Shown here: positions 35,636 to 47,659 of the stretch, piece by piece
Numbering within the stretch: the stretch's first letter is position 1
Layout: every line of letters begins with the position of its first letter
Source of the DNA: an uncultured Acidobacteriota bacterium
GTDB lineage: Bacteria > Acidobacteriota > Blastocatellia > RBC074
DNA: 64,000 nt
Direction of reading: 5' to 3'
Assembly: GCA_963796275.1 (NCBI GenBank)
Contig: CAWCKY010000004.1
Location: forward strand, 1,577,431-1,641,430
Notes under the pieces: model-generated
Seen by the model: only the letters and a program-made list of their open reading frames with translations
Database searches by the model: none
Told to the model about the DNA's origin: nothing
Translations under genes and position numbers: made by a program

Positions 35636-36847
35636 TTAGACAATCAACGAATTCGCCTGTTCAACGACGTCCGCTGCCTTTAATTTCCTGTCGAACCACA
35701 AAACATTGAGCTCTTCGGCCACTTCGTCGTTGAGCGCCAGATGTTTTGATACTGCGATAATGAGGTTGCGCGGATCGGTCTGTCCGAGTTTCGCAAGCTT
35801 GCGGCTTAGATACTCGGGCGTCCAGAAACCGACAATCTCCAGGTGCACTTCGCGGCGGCCATTGGCGGTTTCAATGCGCAATGTGAAATCAGGGATCAGC
35901 ACCTCATTTCTGATCAAAGGGATCACCGCATCAGCCCGTGCGAGTTGCCATCCATCGTGAACTCGCTCGAATATTTTCCCGAAGTCTGCGGCGAAATCGC
36001 GTTCCAGTCGAGAATCATAAAAAGGAAAGCGGCGAAAATGGGAGACCAGACTGCTCTGATCGTCGAGTGTAAAAATAAGCTGCCGGCCACGCTTGATCAG
36101 CGTCGCTTCCATCCGCCATTTTCGGCAAAGCGCCAGCGCGGGAAGAAAGATTGCCATCTTAATACCGTAACGAAGGCTCCCCTTGAGCAGCGAGAGGGGG
36201 CCGTTGAGATCAATTCGATAACCGCGAGCGCGCCGCTCGATACTATGCATCAGGCGGCAGAGTTTGATGTAACGAAAGATGTCCTGATATGAGTCCTCGA
36301 TATCGATCGTCAGACGTTCGGCCCAGTACAACAGCCCGCGGGCCAGTTCCATGTTGTAACGAGCGATCAAAGCGCCCGGATCACAAACGGCTGTGAATCC
36401 GATTAATCGCTGCCGCCCGGGAAGATCTGAATAAAGCCCACTCTCCAGTTGATCAGGAGTAAGACCGATACAACCGGCGACTTCGCTAAGAATGGATTGG
36501 CGATCGTGTTCGAGCGGCGATCTCTTATCTAGAACGATCGGCCATGCATTCGCAGCCCGCTCGAACACTGTGCTCCGGATCATCGCTGCGTTCCGAGTTC
36601 GCGGTTCGAACTCTGCGAATTTCATCAATATCTTGCCCAGGCCGCGAACGATACGGTAATCGGTTCGGCCCTCTGCACATCTTTCCATCGCCGTTTCTAG
36701 CTCATCGCGCGTCTTACCGACACAGTTGCGGAAGACCTTGAATAATTCACTGACGGTATGCCGATAACGTGGGGAGTCGGGATCGACGAAGGCCGGGCGT
36801 ATCTGATCACCCTCGATCCGATAGCGAAGAAGGTCTTTAGTCAGCAT
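35636..36847 (-). CDS. DUF790 (Bax1-like) endonuclease
   Basis: MLTKDLLR, YN..LA.GLL, YG..MA.FLPAL, IPDF and EIVGFWTPEYL. Confidence 0.9.
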   Translation of the reverse strand: MLTKDLLRYRIEGDQIRPAFVDPDSPRYRHTVSELFKVFRNCVGKTRDELETAMERCAEGRTDYRIVRGLGKILMKFAEFEPRTRNAAMIRSTVFERAANAWPIVLDKRSPLEHDRQSILSEVAGCIGLTPDQLESGLYSDLPGRQRLIGFTAVCDPGALIARYNMELARGLLYWAERLTIDIEDSYQDIFRYIKLCRLMHSIERRARGYRIDLNGPLSLLKGSLRYGIKMAIFLPALALCRKWRMEATLIKRGRQLIFTLDDQSSLVSHFRRFPFYDSRLERDFAADFGKIFERVHDGWQLARADAVIPLIRNEVLIPDFTLRIETANGRREVHLEIVGFWTPEYLSRKLAKLGQTDPRNLIIAVSKHLALNDEVAEELNVLWFDRKLKAADVVEQANSLIV

Positions 36848-36861
36848 AAGTCAGCATATCT

Positions 36862-38328
36862 TCAAAGCCTGGAGATTCTGTTCGCGTGTCCGGCGTACGC
36901 TTCGTTCTGACGTCTTCGCCGGCTCGTTCCGGTCTCTATCGTTGCACGTACCGTTACCTCGTAGAGGACAGCCAGTTTATTAGCTTTCCGGCGGAGAATG
37001 CGGCCGAGCCGCTGCGTATGCTCACGCGACGATCCGCTTCCGCCCAGTATGATCGCGATTTTGGCATCGGGTACATCGACCCCTTCGTTGAGCACTCTCG
37101 AGGTGACAACGGCTTTGTACTCGCCGCATTCGAATCGCTTCAAGATGGATTTCCTTTCACGCGTCTTCGTTTGATGAGTTATGGCGGGAATGAGAAATAT
37201 CTGCGAAATTCTGTAAGCCATCTCATTGCTGGCTGCAAAGACTATAGCCTGATCTGCGGCGTGTCGGCGGAAAATTTCTTCGAGCATATCGAGTTTTGCG
37301 CCAGCCCCGGCAATAATATTGCGCATTTCATACCACGCCTCCAGTGCGCGCCGTGCTCGCAAATCATGGCTTTGCTCGCGCACTAGCAGTTCCAATCGCC
37401 CGTCGTTCTTGTAACCGGACTTCAGCGCTTCACTCGCTCGCCCGCTCTCTCCCTCTCCAGATCTCTCCTTCTCCCGTTCTTCCCTTCTATCCCTCCGGTT
37501 CTCATACCAATACTCCTGATAGTTCGATTCTTCGCGTTCGTATGCGCGACGTTCTTCCACAGAAAGTTCAACGCTGAGTCTGATCACTTCGTAGGGAGCC
37601 AGTCTGGTCCCTCTCAACTCGCGAATCGGTTTCCAGAAGGCGAGGGGACCGATCAAGCGGTTCAATTCCTCAGATGCCCGCGGATCGTAGGTGGCAGTTA
37701 GTCCCAGGCGAAAGGGCGCGATTGCCAGGCGCGCAATCTCCGCCCAATGCGGCGCGGTCATATGATGAACCTCGTCGAGGACAAGAAGTCCGAAGCGCGC
37801 GCCGATCTCACCGATGCAACGGTAGGCGCTCTGATAGGTGATAACCGTCACGTCTCGAATTTCGCAGGTCCCCTGACCGACGATGCCGATTTCGATGCCG
37901 TAACACTCGGTCAGACGATGATACCACTGGTTAAGTAGATCGAGCGTGGGTACGACTATGATCGTGGGGCGTTCAGTCAGATTGATGGCTTTCAGCGCGA
38001 CCACAGTTTTGCCTGCACCTGTAGGCAATACCACGATGCCGCGCCGGTCCTGCAACTGCCAGGCTGTGACTGCTTGTTCTTGATAATCGAAGAGCTGGAA
38101 TGATGTGAAGGGCCGGATACGTAGGGCCGCTGGATCGTATCGCCGCGCCTTATCTATAAAAGGAATTTTATTCTGCCGCAGCCAGAGGACGGTATCACGA
38201 TAGCGAAATCCTTCCGCTCGCCAACTCTTAACTCGCTCATCCCAGATGAAACCGGCGAGCTTTATCCCCGCGTTATAGTCGATGGCGTCCATTAGGAGCG
38301 TACCTTGATCGAAGGAGAGAGTCAGCAT
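36862..38328 (-). CDS. XPB/Rad25-like SF2 helicase
   Basis: [27 protein letters not shown] and QRLGRILR. Confidence 0.9.
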   Translation of the reverse strand: MLTLSFDQGTLLMDAIDYNAGIKLAGFIWDERVKSWRAEGFRYRDTVLWLRQNKIPFIDKARRYDPAALRIRPFTSFQLFDYQEQAVTAWQLQDRRGIVVLPTGAGKTVVALKAINLTERPTIIVVPTLDLLNQWYHRLTECYGIEIGIVGQGTCEIRDVTVITYQSAYRCIGEIGARFGLLVLDEVHHMTAPHWAEIARLAIAPFRLGLTATYDPRASEELNRLIGPLAFWKPIRELRGTRLAPYEVIRLSVELSVEERRAYEREESNYQEYWYENRRDRREEREKERSGEGESGRASEALKSGYKNDGRLELLVREQSHDLRARRALEAWYEMRNIIAGAGAKLDMLEEIFRRHAADQAIVFAASNEMAYRISQIFLIPAITHQTKTRERKSILKRFECGEYKAVVTSRVLNEGVDVPDAKIAIILGGSGSSREHTQRLGRILRRKANKLAVLYEVTVRATIETGTSRRRRQNEAYAGHANRISRL

Positions 38329-38598
38329 ATTTAAGATACTGGTAGGCTTGGGCTGGGTGGCAAAGTAAGTATAATCCTGTTTTCATCAGTCCGGCAATAT
38401 ATCTGCCTGCTTCTGTTGTCCTTTCCCTATGAACTTGATATGAACTTGATTCCAGCGGAAGCCGAGTTGTTCGTGATGGAGAACATCCCGCAGCGGGCTC
38501 CGGAAACGCCTAGATGCTGGATTCGAAAAGAAATCATGTGGCATACATCTTTTCGGACGTTTGTGGTGGGATCAGCCTGCTTATACTATTAACCATCT

Positions 38599-38695
38599 AG
38601 ACGTATTCATTCGTAATTGTTCCTGTAACCATCGAACAATTGCTGTAAGAATTGCATTGGGACTATCATTTAGGAAAAGGAGTATGAACGATGCA
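38599..38695 (+). repeat. ~96-bp direct repeat, copy 2
   Basis: Matches 34496-34591; ends in the RBS and start codon of the DUF2281 gene. Confidence 0.85.
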
Positions 38696-38921
38696 AGCGG
38701 ACTCACTGATTGAAAGAATCAAAGCGTTGCCACCTGAAAGGATTGCCGAAGTGGAAGATTTTGTCGAGTTTTTGTGGCAGCGGACAGTAAAACCGGAACA
38801 GTTTATCGAAGAGGAGGAACGCGTCAGCGAATTGCAGGCAATTGCGGCGAGCATGAGGGCGAATGTCTTCTCTGGCAATCCGCCCCGCTTCACTCGCGAC
38901 GAACTGCATGAACGCCGTTGA
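38691..38921 (+). CDS. DUF2281-like antitoxin
   Basis: IKALPPERIAEVEDFVEFL and C-terminal FTRDELHER. Confidence 0.75.
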   Translation: MQADSLIERIKALPPERIAEVEDFVEFLWQRTVKPEQFIEEEERVSELQAIAASMRANVFSGNPPRFTRDELHERR

Positions 38922-39317
38922 CACGAACGTGTTGATCTACGCGCACGATCCTCGCGACCCGGTAAAAGCAAAACAAAGCCGCTGCCCTAACCGCTTCACT
39001 TACTGACGGCGTGTTACTGTGGCAGGTGGCCTGCGAATACATAGCTGCAAGTCGCAAGTTGGCCTCATTCGGCCTCAATCTACAGCAGTACTATGCTGAC
39101 CTGAAGCGACTACGTGGCGTTTGGTCCTAGCCTAGCCTAGCCAGCCTGGACAGTCCTGGATAAGACTGAAACGCTTATGGCAACTGGTAACTTATCGTTC
39201 TGGGATGCGATGATCGTTGCTGCCTGTATGGAAAACGGGATTCAAACACTCTATACCGAAGATATCGACTCCTCGACATCGTCTCTGACAGGAGTTACGA
39301 TCATCAATCCTTTCTAA
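38908..39317 (+). pseudogene. PIN/VapC toxin, frameshifted
   Basis: MNAVDTNVLIYAHD...LSFWDAMIVAAC...LYTED...IINPF read across frames. Confidence 0.8.
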
Positions 39318-39641
39318 CCGCATTTCTATGGTATTCAAAGTGTACACAAGTCCTTGGATTCAAGGCGGATATCTGCGGTATATTGTAAACATTACGCACG
39401 ACTCAAAGTCCTTCAGAATCAGCGATGTACACAAATGGTCTTTTTGTTTTCAAGGTGAAAGAGCCTCGCGGGAAATATCCGAGTGGTTTTGCTCGCCGAA
39501 TCTAGGCAGGTCGAGGTTAATGTCAGCTTTCAGGTCGAAGCTGCTGTTAACCAATTGATAACCGGCGATCGGCGCAGATCCGCTCAGTAAAATGGCGACC
39601 TTTAAGAAGAAGACTATCACTATCAGCCCCGCCGCAAAAAC

Positions 39642-42047
39642 ATGGCACTTAAGAAATCTGAACTTTACAGCTCACTCTGGGCCAGCTGTGACGAGCTCCG
39701 TGGGGGCATGGATGCTGGCCAATACAAGGACTACGTGCTGATGATGCTTTTCATCAAATATGTCAGCGACAAATACGCCGGCATGCCGTACGCGCCGATA
39801 ACTATTCCCAAGGGGGCCGGCTTCTCTGACATGGTCGGGCTCAAGGGCAAGCCCGACATCGGCGACCAGATCAACAAGAAGATCATCGAGCCTCTGGCCA
39901 GGGCTAACAACCTGGATGAGCATGCCGGATTTCGACGATGCCGCCAAACTCGGCAGCGGGAAGGAGAAGGTGGACCGGCTCACCAACCTTATCGCCATCT
40001 TTGAAGACAGAGCGCTCGATTTCTCCAGGAACAGGGCTGATGGCGATGACATTATCGGCGATGCCTATGAATATCTGATGCGTAACTTCGCCACCCAGAG
40101 TGGCAAAAGCAAGGGGCAGTTCTATACTCCCGCCGAGGTCAGCCGCGTCATCGCCCAGATCATCGGCATTCGCGAGGCCAGGACGACGAACAAGACAACC
40201 GTCTACGATCCGACCTGTGGTTCCGGCTCATTGCTTTTGAAGGTGGCCGATGAAGCCAGGGCGAAGGTCACGCTCTACGGTCAGGAAAAGGACTCCGCCA
40301 CGGCCGGACTCGCCCGGATGAACATGATCCTGCACGACAACCCGACTGCCTGTATCGTGCAAGGGAATACGCTCGCTCACCCTCAATTCAAAGAGAGCGG
40401 TACGCTCAAGACCTTCGACTACGTTGTCGCCAATCCTCCGTTCAGCGACAAACGATGGAGCAACGGCGTCGACCGGCTGAACGATCCATACGAGCGTTTC
40501 AATTCGTTCGGCACGCCGCCCGACAAGCAGGGCGATTATGCCTATCTGCTGCACATCGTGCGATCGCTCAAGAGCCACGGCAAAGGCGCCTGCATTCTTC
40601 CGCACGGCGTGCTGTTTCGCGGCAATGCCGAGGCCGATATACGCCGGAACCTGATTCGCAAAGGCTACATCAAGGGCATCATCGGCCTGCCTGCGAATCT
40701 CTTTTACGGCACGGGCATTCCCGCCTGCATTATCGTCATCGACAAGGAAGACGCTCGATCACGCCGAGGGATATTCATAATCGACGCCGGCGCGGGCTTC
40801 ATGAAAGACGGCGACAAGAATCGCCTGCGCGCAATGGATATTCACAGGATCGTCGATGTTTTCAACAATCTGCGTGAGATTTCGGAATACTCGCGCATGG
40901 TTTCTTTCGAGGAGATCGAGCGCAACGAGTTCAACCTGAACATCCCGCGCTACATCGACAGCCGGCAGGCTGAGGACATTCAGGACATTGAGGGACACCT
41001 GCGCGGCGGCATTCCCATGGCAGACGTGGATGCGCTACAGCCCTATTGGGATGTGTGTCCCGAGCTACGGCGCGCGCTGTTCAAAGATAACCGCCCCGGC
41101 TATCTCGATCTTGCTGTTGACAAGCAGACCATCAAATCCTCCATTTACGAGCACGCCGAGTTTGTTCGTTTCACCAAAAACATGAATCTCCTGTTCGCCG
41201 ATTGGCGAGAAGGAACACTGCTCTGCTTAAGGGCTTACAGACGGGGTTTCACCCCAAACAGTTGATCCACGACCTCGCCGAAGATCTGCTCGCGCTCTAC
41301 TCCGGCAAACCGCTGATCGATAAATACGACGTCTATCAGCATCTGATGGATTACTGGGCCGAGACGATGCAGGATGATTACTATCTGATCTCCGCCGATG
41401 GTTGGAAGGCGGAGACTCGCCGCGTGTTTGTGAAGAACAAAAAAGGCAAGGAAATAGATAAGGGCTGGGTCTGTGATCTCGTGCCAAAGAGCCTGATCGT
41501 GGCCCGTTACCTCGCCGCCGAGCAGGAGGCGATCGAAAAATTTGAGGCTAAGCTCGAGACTGTTGTCGCCAGGATGACCGATATGGAGGAAGAGCACGGC
41601 GGCGAGGAGGGAGTCTTTGCTGAGCTCGAAAAGGTGAACAAGGCAACGGTTGCGGCTCTACTCAGGGATTTGAGGCTTGAGAATGGTGAGCCGGAAGCGA
41701 AAGAGAACGAGGTGTTGGAGCAATATCTGGAACTCTGCGAACAGCAGTACGATCTGAAAAATTTACTTAAGACAGCCCAATCGAATCTCGATACGCTTGC
41801 CTATGACAAATATCCGACGTTGATGGAGGACGAAATCAAGGTGCTGGTGGTGAATGATAAATGGATGGCTGCTCTCAATACAGCTGTCCGTGAAGAGATG
41901 GACCGTATCAGTCAGACATTGAGTCGGCGGGTGAAGGAATTGGCGGATCGTCATGATATCCCGATGCCTCGGCTAGCAAGCCGGGTTGATGAGTTGGAAC
42001 AAAGAGTAGGCAACCATCTGGAAAGGATGGGATTTTCATGGAAGTGA
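39642..42047 (+). CDS. hsdM: Type I R-M methyltransferase subunit (three frames)
   Basis: LWASCDELRG, GQFYTP, YDPTCGSGSLL, VVANPPF and LPHGVLFRG. Confidence 0.93.
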
Positions 42048-43319
42048 GGCAGGGTTACAAACAAACCGAGGTTGGGATGATTCCGGAAGATTGGGAATTG
42101 CGTTCACTACTGACCACAGTTTGTATTGCAAGTGGACAAGTTGATCCAAAGATTGAGCCTTACAAGTCAATGATTTTAGTGGCACCGGACCACATCGAAA
42201 GCTCGACTGGGCGATTGCTTAGTCAGCGAACCGCATTAGACCAAGGCGCAATTAGCGGTAAATATCTCTTCGAAAGGGTGACATCGTTTATAGCAAGATA
42301 CGTCCGAATCTACGGAAGGCTATTATTGCAAGCTTTAACGGGTTGTGCAGCGCGGACATGTATCCACTCAAGCCCACCAGCGATGTTTGTTCTGGGTTCA
42401 TGCTGGCTATCCTTCTTGGGCGTCGCTTTTCAAAGTACGCCGAATCTGTTTCGGTTCGTAGCGGAATGCCAAAGATTAACCGAGCAGAGTTGGCAGAGTT
42501 TATAGTCGCCCTGCCACCTCTTCCTGAACAAGAAGCCATTGCCGAAGTCTTGAGCGACGCTGATGCCCTCATTGAATCCCTTGAGCAACTCATCACCAAA
42601 AAACGTCTCATCAAATACGGCGCCATGCAGGAATTGCTCACTGGGAAGCGGAGGTTGCGTGAGTTTGCTGATACGTCGACAGGTTACAAACAAACTGAGG
42701 TTGGGGTGATTCCGGAGGATTGGGATTCGCCTGAACTTGGTGACATCTTGAAATCTGTGCAGCTAGGCGGAAACTATAGGAATAGTGAGCGTGAATCGAA
42801 CTGGCCGCTAATCAAAATGGGCAACCTTGGGCGTGGCAGCATCAAACTCGATAAGCTGGAGTTCATTGATTCTGCGCATCCCCCCTCTAATCGCGACAGA
42901 CTTGAGACCGATGATTTGCTTCTCAATACAAGAAACGCGCTGGATCTCGTAGGGAAAGTGGCCATTTGGCGCAACGAACTGCCAGAAGCATACTTCAACT
43001 CAAACGTCATGAGGCTGAAGTTCGATGAGCAGCGCGTGTCCTCCTACCGATTCATGAACTACATCCTCAACATGTCGCGTTCCTTAAGAGGATTGCGAGG
43101 GATCGCAATCGGAACGACGAGCGTAGCGGCCATTTACGGTAGGGATTTGGTGAAGCTAAAGATTCCGCTGCCTACTAAATCCGAACAAGAAGCCATTGCT
43201 AAAGTCTTGAGCGACATGGACGCCGAGATTGCCGCATTGGAAACTAAATCGCCAAATATCGCCAAGTCAAGCAAGGTATGATGCAAAACCTCTTAACCGG
43301 AAGGATTCGATTAAAATGA
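42038..43319 (+). CDS. hsdS: Type I R-M specificity subunit (frameshifted)
   Basis: Two [13 protein letters not shown] repeats and two P..EQEAIA.VLSD.DA conserved regions. Confidence 0.92.
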
Positions 43320-43425
43320 ATATCGGCCTACCCGAACGCGCCACCCAAAGCCGCGTTCTCGAGCTCTTCCGCGATGAACTCGGCTATCGCTACCTCGGCG
43401 ACTGGCGAGATCGCGACAACAACAG
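43316..43425 (+). pseudogene. hsdR: 5' stub of type I restriction subunit
   Basis: [36 protein letters not shown], then unrelated sequence. Confidence 0.75.
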
Positions 43426-43909
43426 GGCAAGAAGTTGGCAAAAATAAAAACGATCGCGTGAAGCTGGAATCGACTCAAGTCGAGGTCTTGGAGGTATCCG
43501 AAACAGCGGAGAAATGGTGAGGCTTCGGCAAGTCGGCAGGATTGACACGCTGATAATTTAGTCAATCCCGTCTCCCGAAGGAACGATGTCAATCGAAGCC
43601 TAAAGCGCAATCAAGACCGCGAAAGGATCGAATTATTGGTACCAACTATTTTGCCCAACGTGGTCGTGCGTAGGACGCTGAGGTCCGGAGAATTGTAATT
43701 GCGAGTTGCGCAAGACATAGGCCGCTTCTTGGCGCTTTCCTGCTTCGTTTGAGCGTTTCGTAATTTTCGGCGAGCCGTCCGGATTTTTATCATAAGCAAG
43801 TCGAGACAACTCGCCGAAAGTTCACCTTTCATCGAACCGGAGCGTGACACATGAAATTCCCTGTCTCGATCTGTTTCTCCAGCCAATCCGCGACAGTGGA
43901 CATCCTCCT

Positions 43910-43938
43910 TTGACACCCTATGTAGATTCGGATATAAC
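43910..43938 (+). promoter_or_regulatory. Sigma70-type promoter of padR-ADOP
   Basis: TTGACA-17 nt-TATAAC; RBS AGGAGGAG downstream. Confidence 0.7.
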
Positions 43939-43980
43939 TCGATACCGAGCAACATATGTACCGGTAAGGAGGAGCAACTG

Positions 43981-44307
43981 ATGAAGAATCCCCACCTTTC
44001 GTTCACGATGGCCGTGATTTTGCAGGCGGTCGAAAACGGCTATCGCTACGGTTTTGAAATCCTGCAGGCCACAGGTCTGGCGAGCGGCACGATTTATCCG
44101 GCGTTGCGGCGGTTGGAAGACGCGCTGCTGATCAAATCCAAATGGGAAAATCAGAAGATCGCGCAAGCCGAACAACGTCCGGCGCGCAAATATTACGAAG
44201 TGACGAAGGCCGGACGCGAAGTGCTGGTCGAAGCGCGCAACCGCTTCAAGCTGCTTGAACAAATCGATTCGCCGACCGAACTCAAACCGGCGGGCAAAGC
44301 AAGTTAA
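43981..44307 (+). CDS. PadR-family regulator
   Basis: [16 protein letters not shown]...[13 protein letters not shown]. Confidence 0.9.
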   Translation: MKNPHLSFTMAVILQAVENGYRYGFEILQATGLASGTIYPALRRLEDALLIKSKWENQKIAQAEQRPARKYYEVTKAGREVLVEARNRFKLLEQIDSPTELKPAGKAS

Positions 44308-44311
44308 AACG

Positions 44312-46984
44312 ATGCGCAACGGGAACCGAAGTCTTTGGCTCTGGCTGATCGCCTTCATCGCCGTAATCGTGCCGCGCCGACTGCGCGCTGACTGGCGACT
44401 GGAATGGGAAGCCGAATTGCAATGGCGCGAACGGCAGCTTGCCGAATTGGACAAGCTGGATGGGAAAAACAAACTCGAACTGTTGTTGTACAGCGTGGGC
44501 GCGTTCGCCGATGCGCTGTGGCTGCAACCGAAACGATGGGAGGATGAAATGATTCAAGACTTGCGTTACGGCGTGCGCACGTTACTACACCGGCCATCTT
44601 TCAGTGCGGTCGTGATTTTAGTGCTCGCGTTGGGCATCGGCGCGACCAGCGCGATTTTCAGCGTGGTTAACGCAGTGTTGCTGCGCCCGCTGCCTTATCC
44701 CGAACCTGATCGTCTGATGGTCTACTCCGCTTACGAGCAAGACAGTCGCTACGGAAGAATCAACGCTTTGACCGCGCCCGTTTTGGTTGAATGGCGCAAT
44801 CGGTGCAGATCCTGTGTGCAGATGGCGGCCTATATTGAAGCCCAGCCGGTCAACCTGATTGGCGGCGCAGAGCCTGAGCGCGTGCGAATCGCTCGGATCA
44901 CGGAAAATTTATTCGCCACGCTCGGCGTGCCGCCGCTCTTGGGGCGAACATTTTTACCGGAAGAGATCGGACGGCCTTCATCTGATGACGATATTCAGCA
45001 AAACAGCAACACGGTTGTGATCTTGAGCTACGGATTGTGGCAGCGGCGTTTCAGTGCGGATCCTTCAGTCATCGGCAAGACCGTCAAAATTGAAGGCGAC
45101 GTTTGCGCCGTCGTCGGAGTGATGCCCGAAGGATTCAAATTTCCCGAGGAGGCTGACGCCTGGTTGCCGATCACGCTCACCCCAATGCGCAATGACCTCA
45201 ACATCATCGCTCGCCTGCAACCACGTGTCACACCAGCGCAGGCCCAAGCTGAACTCACGCTCCTCGCCCACCGCTTGCAGCAGGAAGCATCGCAGAAAAA
45301 TCGAACGCTGAACGCCAACTTGATTCCTTTGCAAGAGCAGATAGTCGGAAATGTGCGCTCATCGCTGCTGATTTTCCTGGGCGCGGTGAGTTTCGTCTTG
45401 CTCATCGCCTGCGCCAATGTCGCCAATCTGTTGCTCGCGCGCGCGGCGACCAGACAAAAAGAGATGGCGGTGCGGGGGGCGTTGGGCGCAAGTCGGTTGC
45501 GCATCATTCGACAATTGCTGACCGAAAGTTTGCTGCTCGCGCTGGCGGGCGGCGTTCTCGGATTGTGGCTGGCGTCTGGAATTCTTAAACTGCTCGTCGC
45601 TTTTGCGCCGCAGGATGTTCCGCGACTCACTACCATCAGGATTGATCCGTGGGTGCTCGGCTTTACCCTGTTGCTTTCAATTCTAACCGGCATCATCTTC
45701 GGCCTCGCGCCTGCGTTGCAAGCATCGCGGCTTGATCTCAACACAGCACTCAAAGAAGGCGGGACGCGAGGGACAGGCGGCGGATCGCGCCATCGTTTGC
45801 GCAGCTTGCTCGTTGTGACGGAAGTCTCGCTGGCATTAGTGCTGCTGATCGGCGCGGGACTCCTGCTCAAGAGCTTCACGCGATTGCGCGAGACGCCGTT
45901 GGGCTTCAACCCCGATCACGTCCTGACCGCGAGTGTGGCGTTGCCTCAAGCCGATTATCCCACGACGGCGAAGGTGAAGACTTATGCCCAGCAATCGCTC
46001 GCCCGCCTCGCCGTGCGTCCTGAAGTGCAAGCGGTCGGTGTGGTCAACTCGCTCCCGCTCAGCCACGACGGTGTGATCATTCGAGGCCGCCTCGGCGTCG
46101 AAGGTAAATCGAAGGATCGCCTTCCCGTGGGGGCGAGCAAAGTGGCCGTGAGCGCGGATTACTTTCGCGCGCTCGGCATCCCGCTGCTTCAAGGCCGCGC
46201 GTTCAATGAGCGCGACACCGCTGACTCGCCCGGCGTGCTCATCATCAGCGAATCATTAGCTCATCAACTCTGGCCGAATGAAAGCGCGCTCGGCAAACGA
46301 CTCGACATTAATCTGCCTGGCGAGACGTGGCGCGAAGTGGTCGGCGTGGTCGGCGATGTCAGACAATCAGACTTGAACGCGCCGCTCGCAGCAGCGATCT
46401 ATCAGCCATATTCGCAAGTCTCCGATAATATCCGCTGGTATCTCGGCGATATAACCTTCGTCATTCGCACGACCTCTGAGCCGCAGAACTTAATCACCAC
46501 TTTGCGAAGCGAATTGCAAACGGTGAATAAAGAACTGCCGCTGCACAATGTAGCGACGATGGAGCAGGTCGTGGCGAAGCAAGTCACCGATCCACGTTTT
46601 TACACGCTCCTGCTCGGCTCTTTCTCAGCGCTCGCCTTGATCCTGGCAGCAGCGGGAATCTACAGCGTCATCTCTTACTCGGTCACGCAACGCACGCATG
46701 AGCTTGGCATTCGCATGGCACTCGGCGCGCAAGCGAAAGATGTCTTACGGCTCATCATCAGACAAGGCATGACACTCGTACTCGTGGGTCTCGCCGTTGG
46801 CTTAGTCGGAGCGCGTGCGCTGACGCGTGTGCTCTCTGGTTTTCTATACCAGGTGAGCGTAACCGATGCGGCGACTTTCGTGTTGCTTTCAGGCGCGCTG
46901 GCAGTGGTTGCACTCGTGGCTTGTTATCTACCAGCGCGGCGCGCCACGAAAGTAGATACATTAGTCGCCTTGCGGCATGAGTAA
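44312..46984 (+). CDS. ADOP (MacB/FtsX-type duplicated orphan permease)
   Basis: [50 protein letters not shown] and [15 protein letters not shown]; no ATPase gene adjacent. Confidence 0.92.
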   Translation: MRNGNRSLWLWLIAFIAVIVPRRLRADWRLEWEAELQWRERQLAELDKLDGKNKLELLLYSVGAFADALWLQPKRWEDEMIQDLRYGVRTLLHRPSFSAVVILVLALGIGATSAIFSVVNAVLLRPLPYPEPDRLMVYSAYEQDSRYGRINALTAPVLVEWRNRCRSCVQMAAYIEAQPVNLIGGAEPERVRIARITENLFATLGVPPLLGRTFLPEEIGRPSSDDDIQQNSNTVVILSYGLWQRRFSADPSVIGKTVKIEGDVCAVVGVMPEGFKFPEEADAWLPITLTPMRNDLNIIARLQPRVTPAQAQAELTLLAHRLQQEASQKNRTLNANLIPLQEQIVGNVRSSLLIFLGAVSFVLLIACANVANLLLARAATRQKEMAVRGALGASRLRIIRQLLTESLLLALAGGVLGLWLASGILKLLVAFAPQDVPRLTTIRIDPWVLGFTLLLSILTGIIFGLAPALQASRLDLNTALKEGGTRGTGGGSRHRLRSLLVVTEVSLALVLLIGAGLLLKSFTRLRETPLGFNPDHVLTASVALPQADYPTTAKVKTYAQQSLARLAVRPEVQAVGVVNSLPLSHDGVIIRGRLGVEGKSKDRLPVGASKVAVSADYFRALGIPLLQGRAFNERDTADSPGVLIISESLAHQLWPNESALGKRLDINLPGETWREVVGVVGDVRQSDLNAPLAAAIYQPYSQVSDNIRWYLGDITFVIRTTSEPQNLITTLRSELQTVNKELPLHNVATMEQVVAKQVTDPRFYTLLLGSFSALALILAAAGIYSVISYSVTQRTHELGIRMALGAQAKDVLRLIIRQGMTLVLVGLAVGLVGARALTRVLSGFLYQVSVTDAATFVLLSGALAVVALVACYLPARRATKVDTLVALRHE

Positions 46985-46989
46985 AACCA

Positions 46990-47302
46990 ATGGCTGATGC
47001 GACGCGTACAACTCGCTTTCGTTTCTGGCTCTGGCTGATTGCCTTCATCGGCGTGATCGTGCCGCGCCGCCTGGGCGCCGATTGGCGGCAGGAGTGGGAA
47101 GCCAAGTTGCAGTGGCGCGAGCAACAACTGGCTGAATGGGACAGGCTGGATGCGAAGAACAAACTGGCTCTGTTGTGGTACAGCGCGGGCGCGTTCGCCG
47201 ATGCGCTGTGGCTGCAACCGAAACAATGGGAGGATGAAATGTTTCAAGACTTGCGTTTTGGTTTACGAATGTTGCTCAAACAGCCTGGCTTCACATTGAT
47301 CA
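46990..47302 (+). pseudogene. Truncated second ADOP permease
   Basis: Near-copy of the first ADOP N-terminus, breaking after KQPGFTLI. Confidence 0.8.
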
Positions 47303-47318
47303 AATGGAAAACGGAACG

Positions 47319-47659
47319 ATGCAATGGCATAAGATCATGTTCGCCGAGGGCGAAGAGATTCTGCAGAAACCCTGGCAGATTACGAAACAGGCAAGTCAGA
47401 TCCACCAAGAATCCGGACTGTCCGAGGAGTTTGCCGTCTTTTTAGACTTAGACTTTTCCCAAGGTGGGGTTCGACCCGTTCTATACTTTTCACCGGCCGC
47501 AGCGAAACTCTGCGCTGAGCTGATACGATCTTTCGAAGGAACGGCCTGCTCATTGCCGTCTAATCCAGGGCCTTCGTTCGGCATGGCATATGGCAACGCG
47601 GATGAAGCCTGGGCGTTAGTCGAGCGAGACACACCACAAGAACAAGAAGAGGGTGATGA
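47319..47659 (+). CDS. Hypothetical protein (runs in frame into the next gene; boundary uncertain)
   Basis: MQWHKIM...[10 protein letters not shown]; GAGGGTGA precedes an internal ATG at 47660. Confidence 0.4.
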
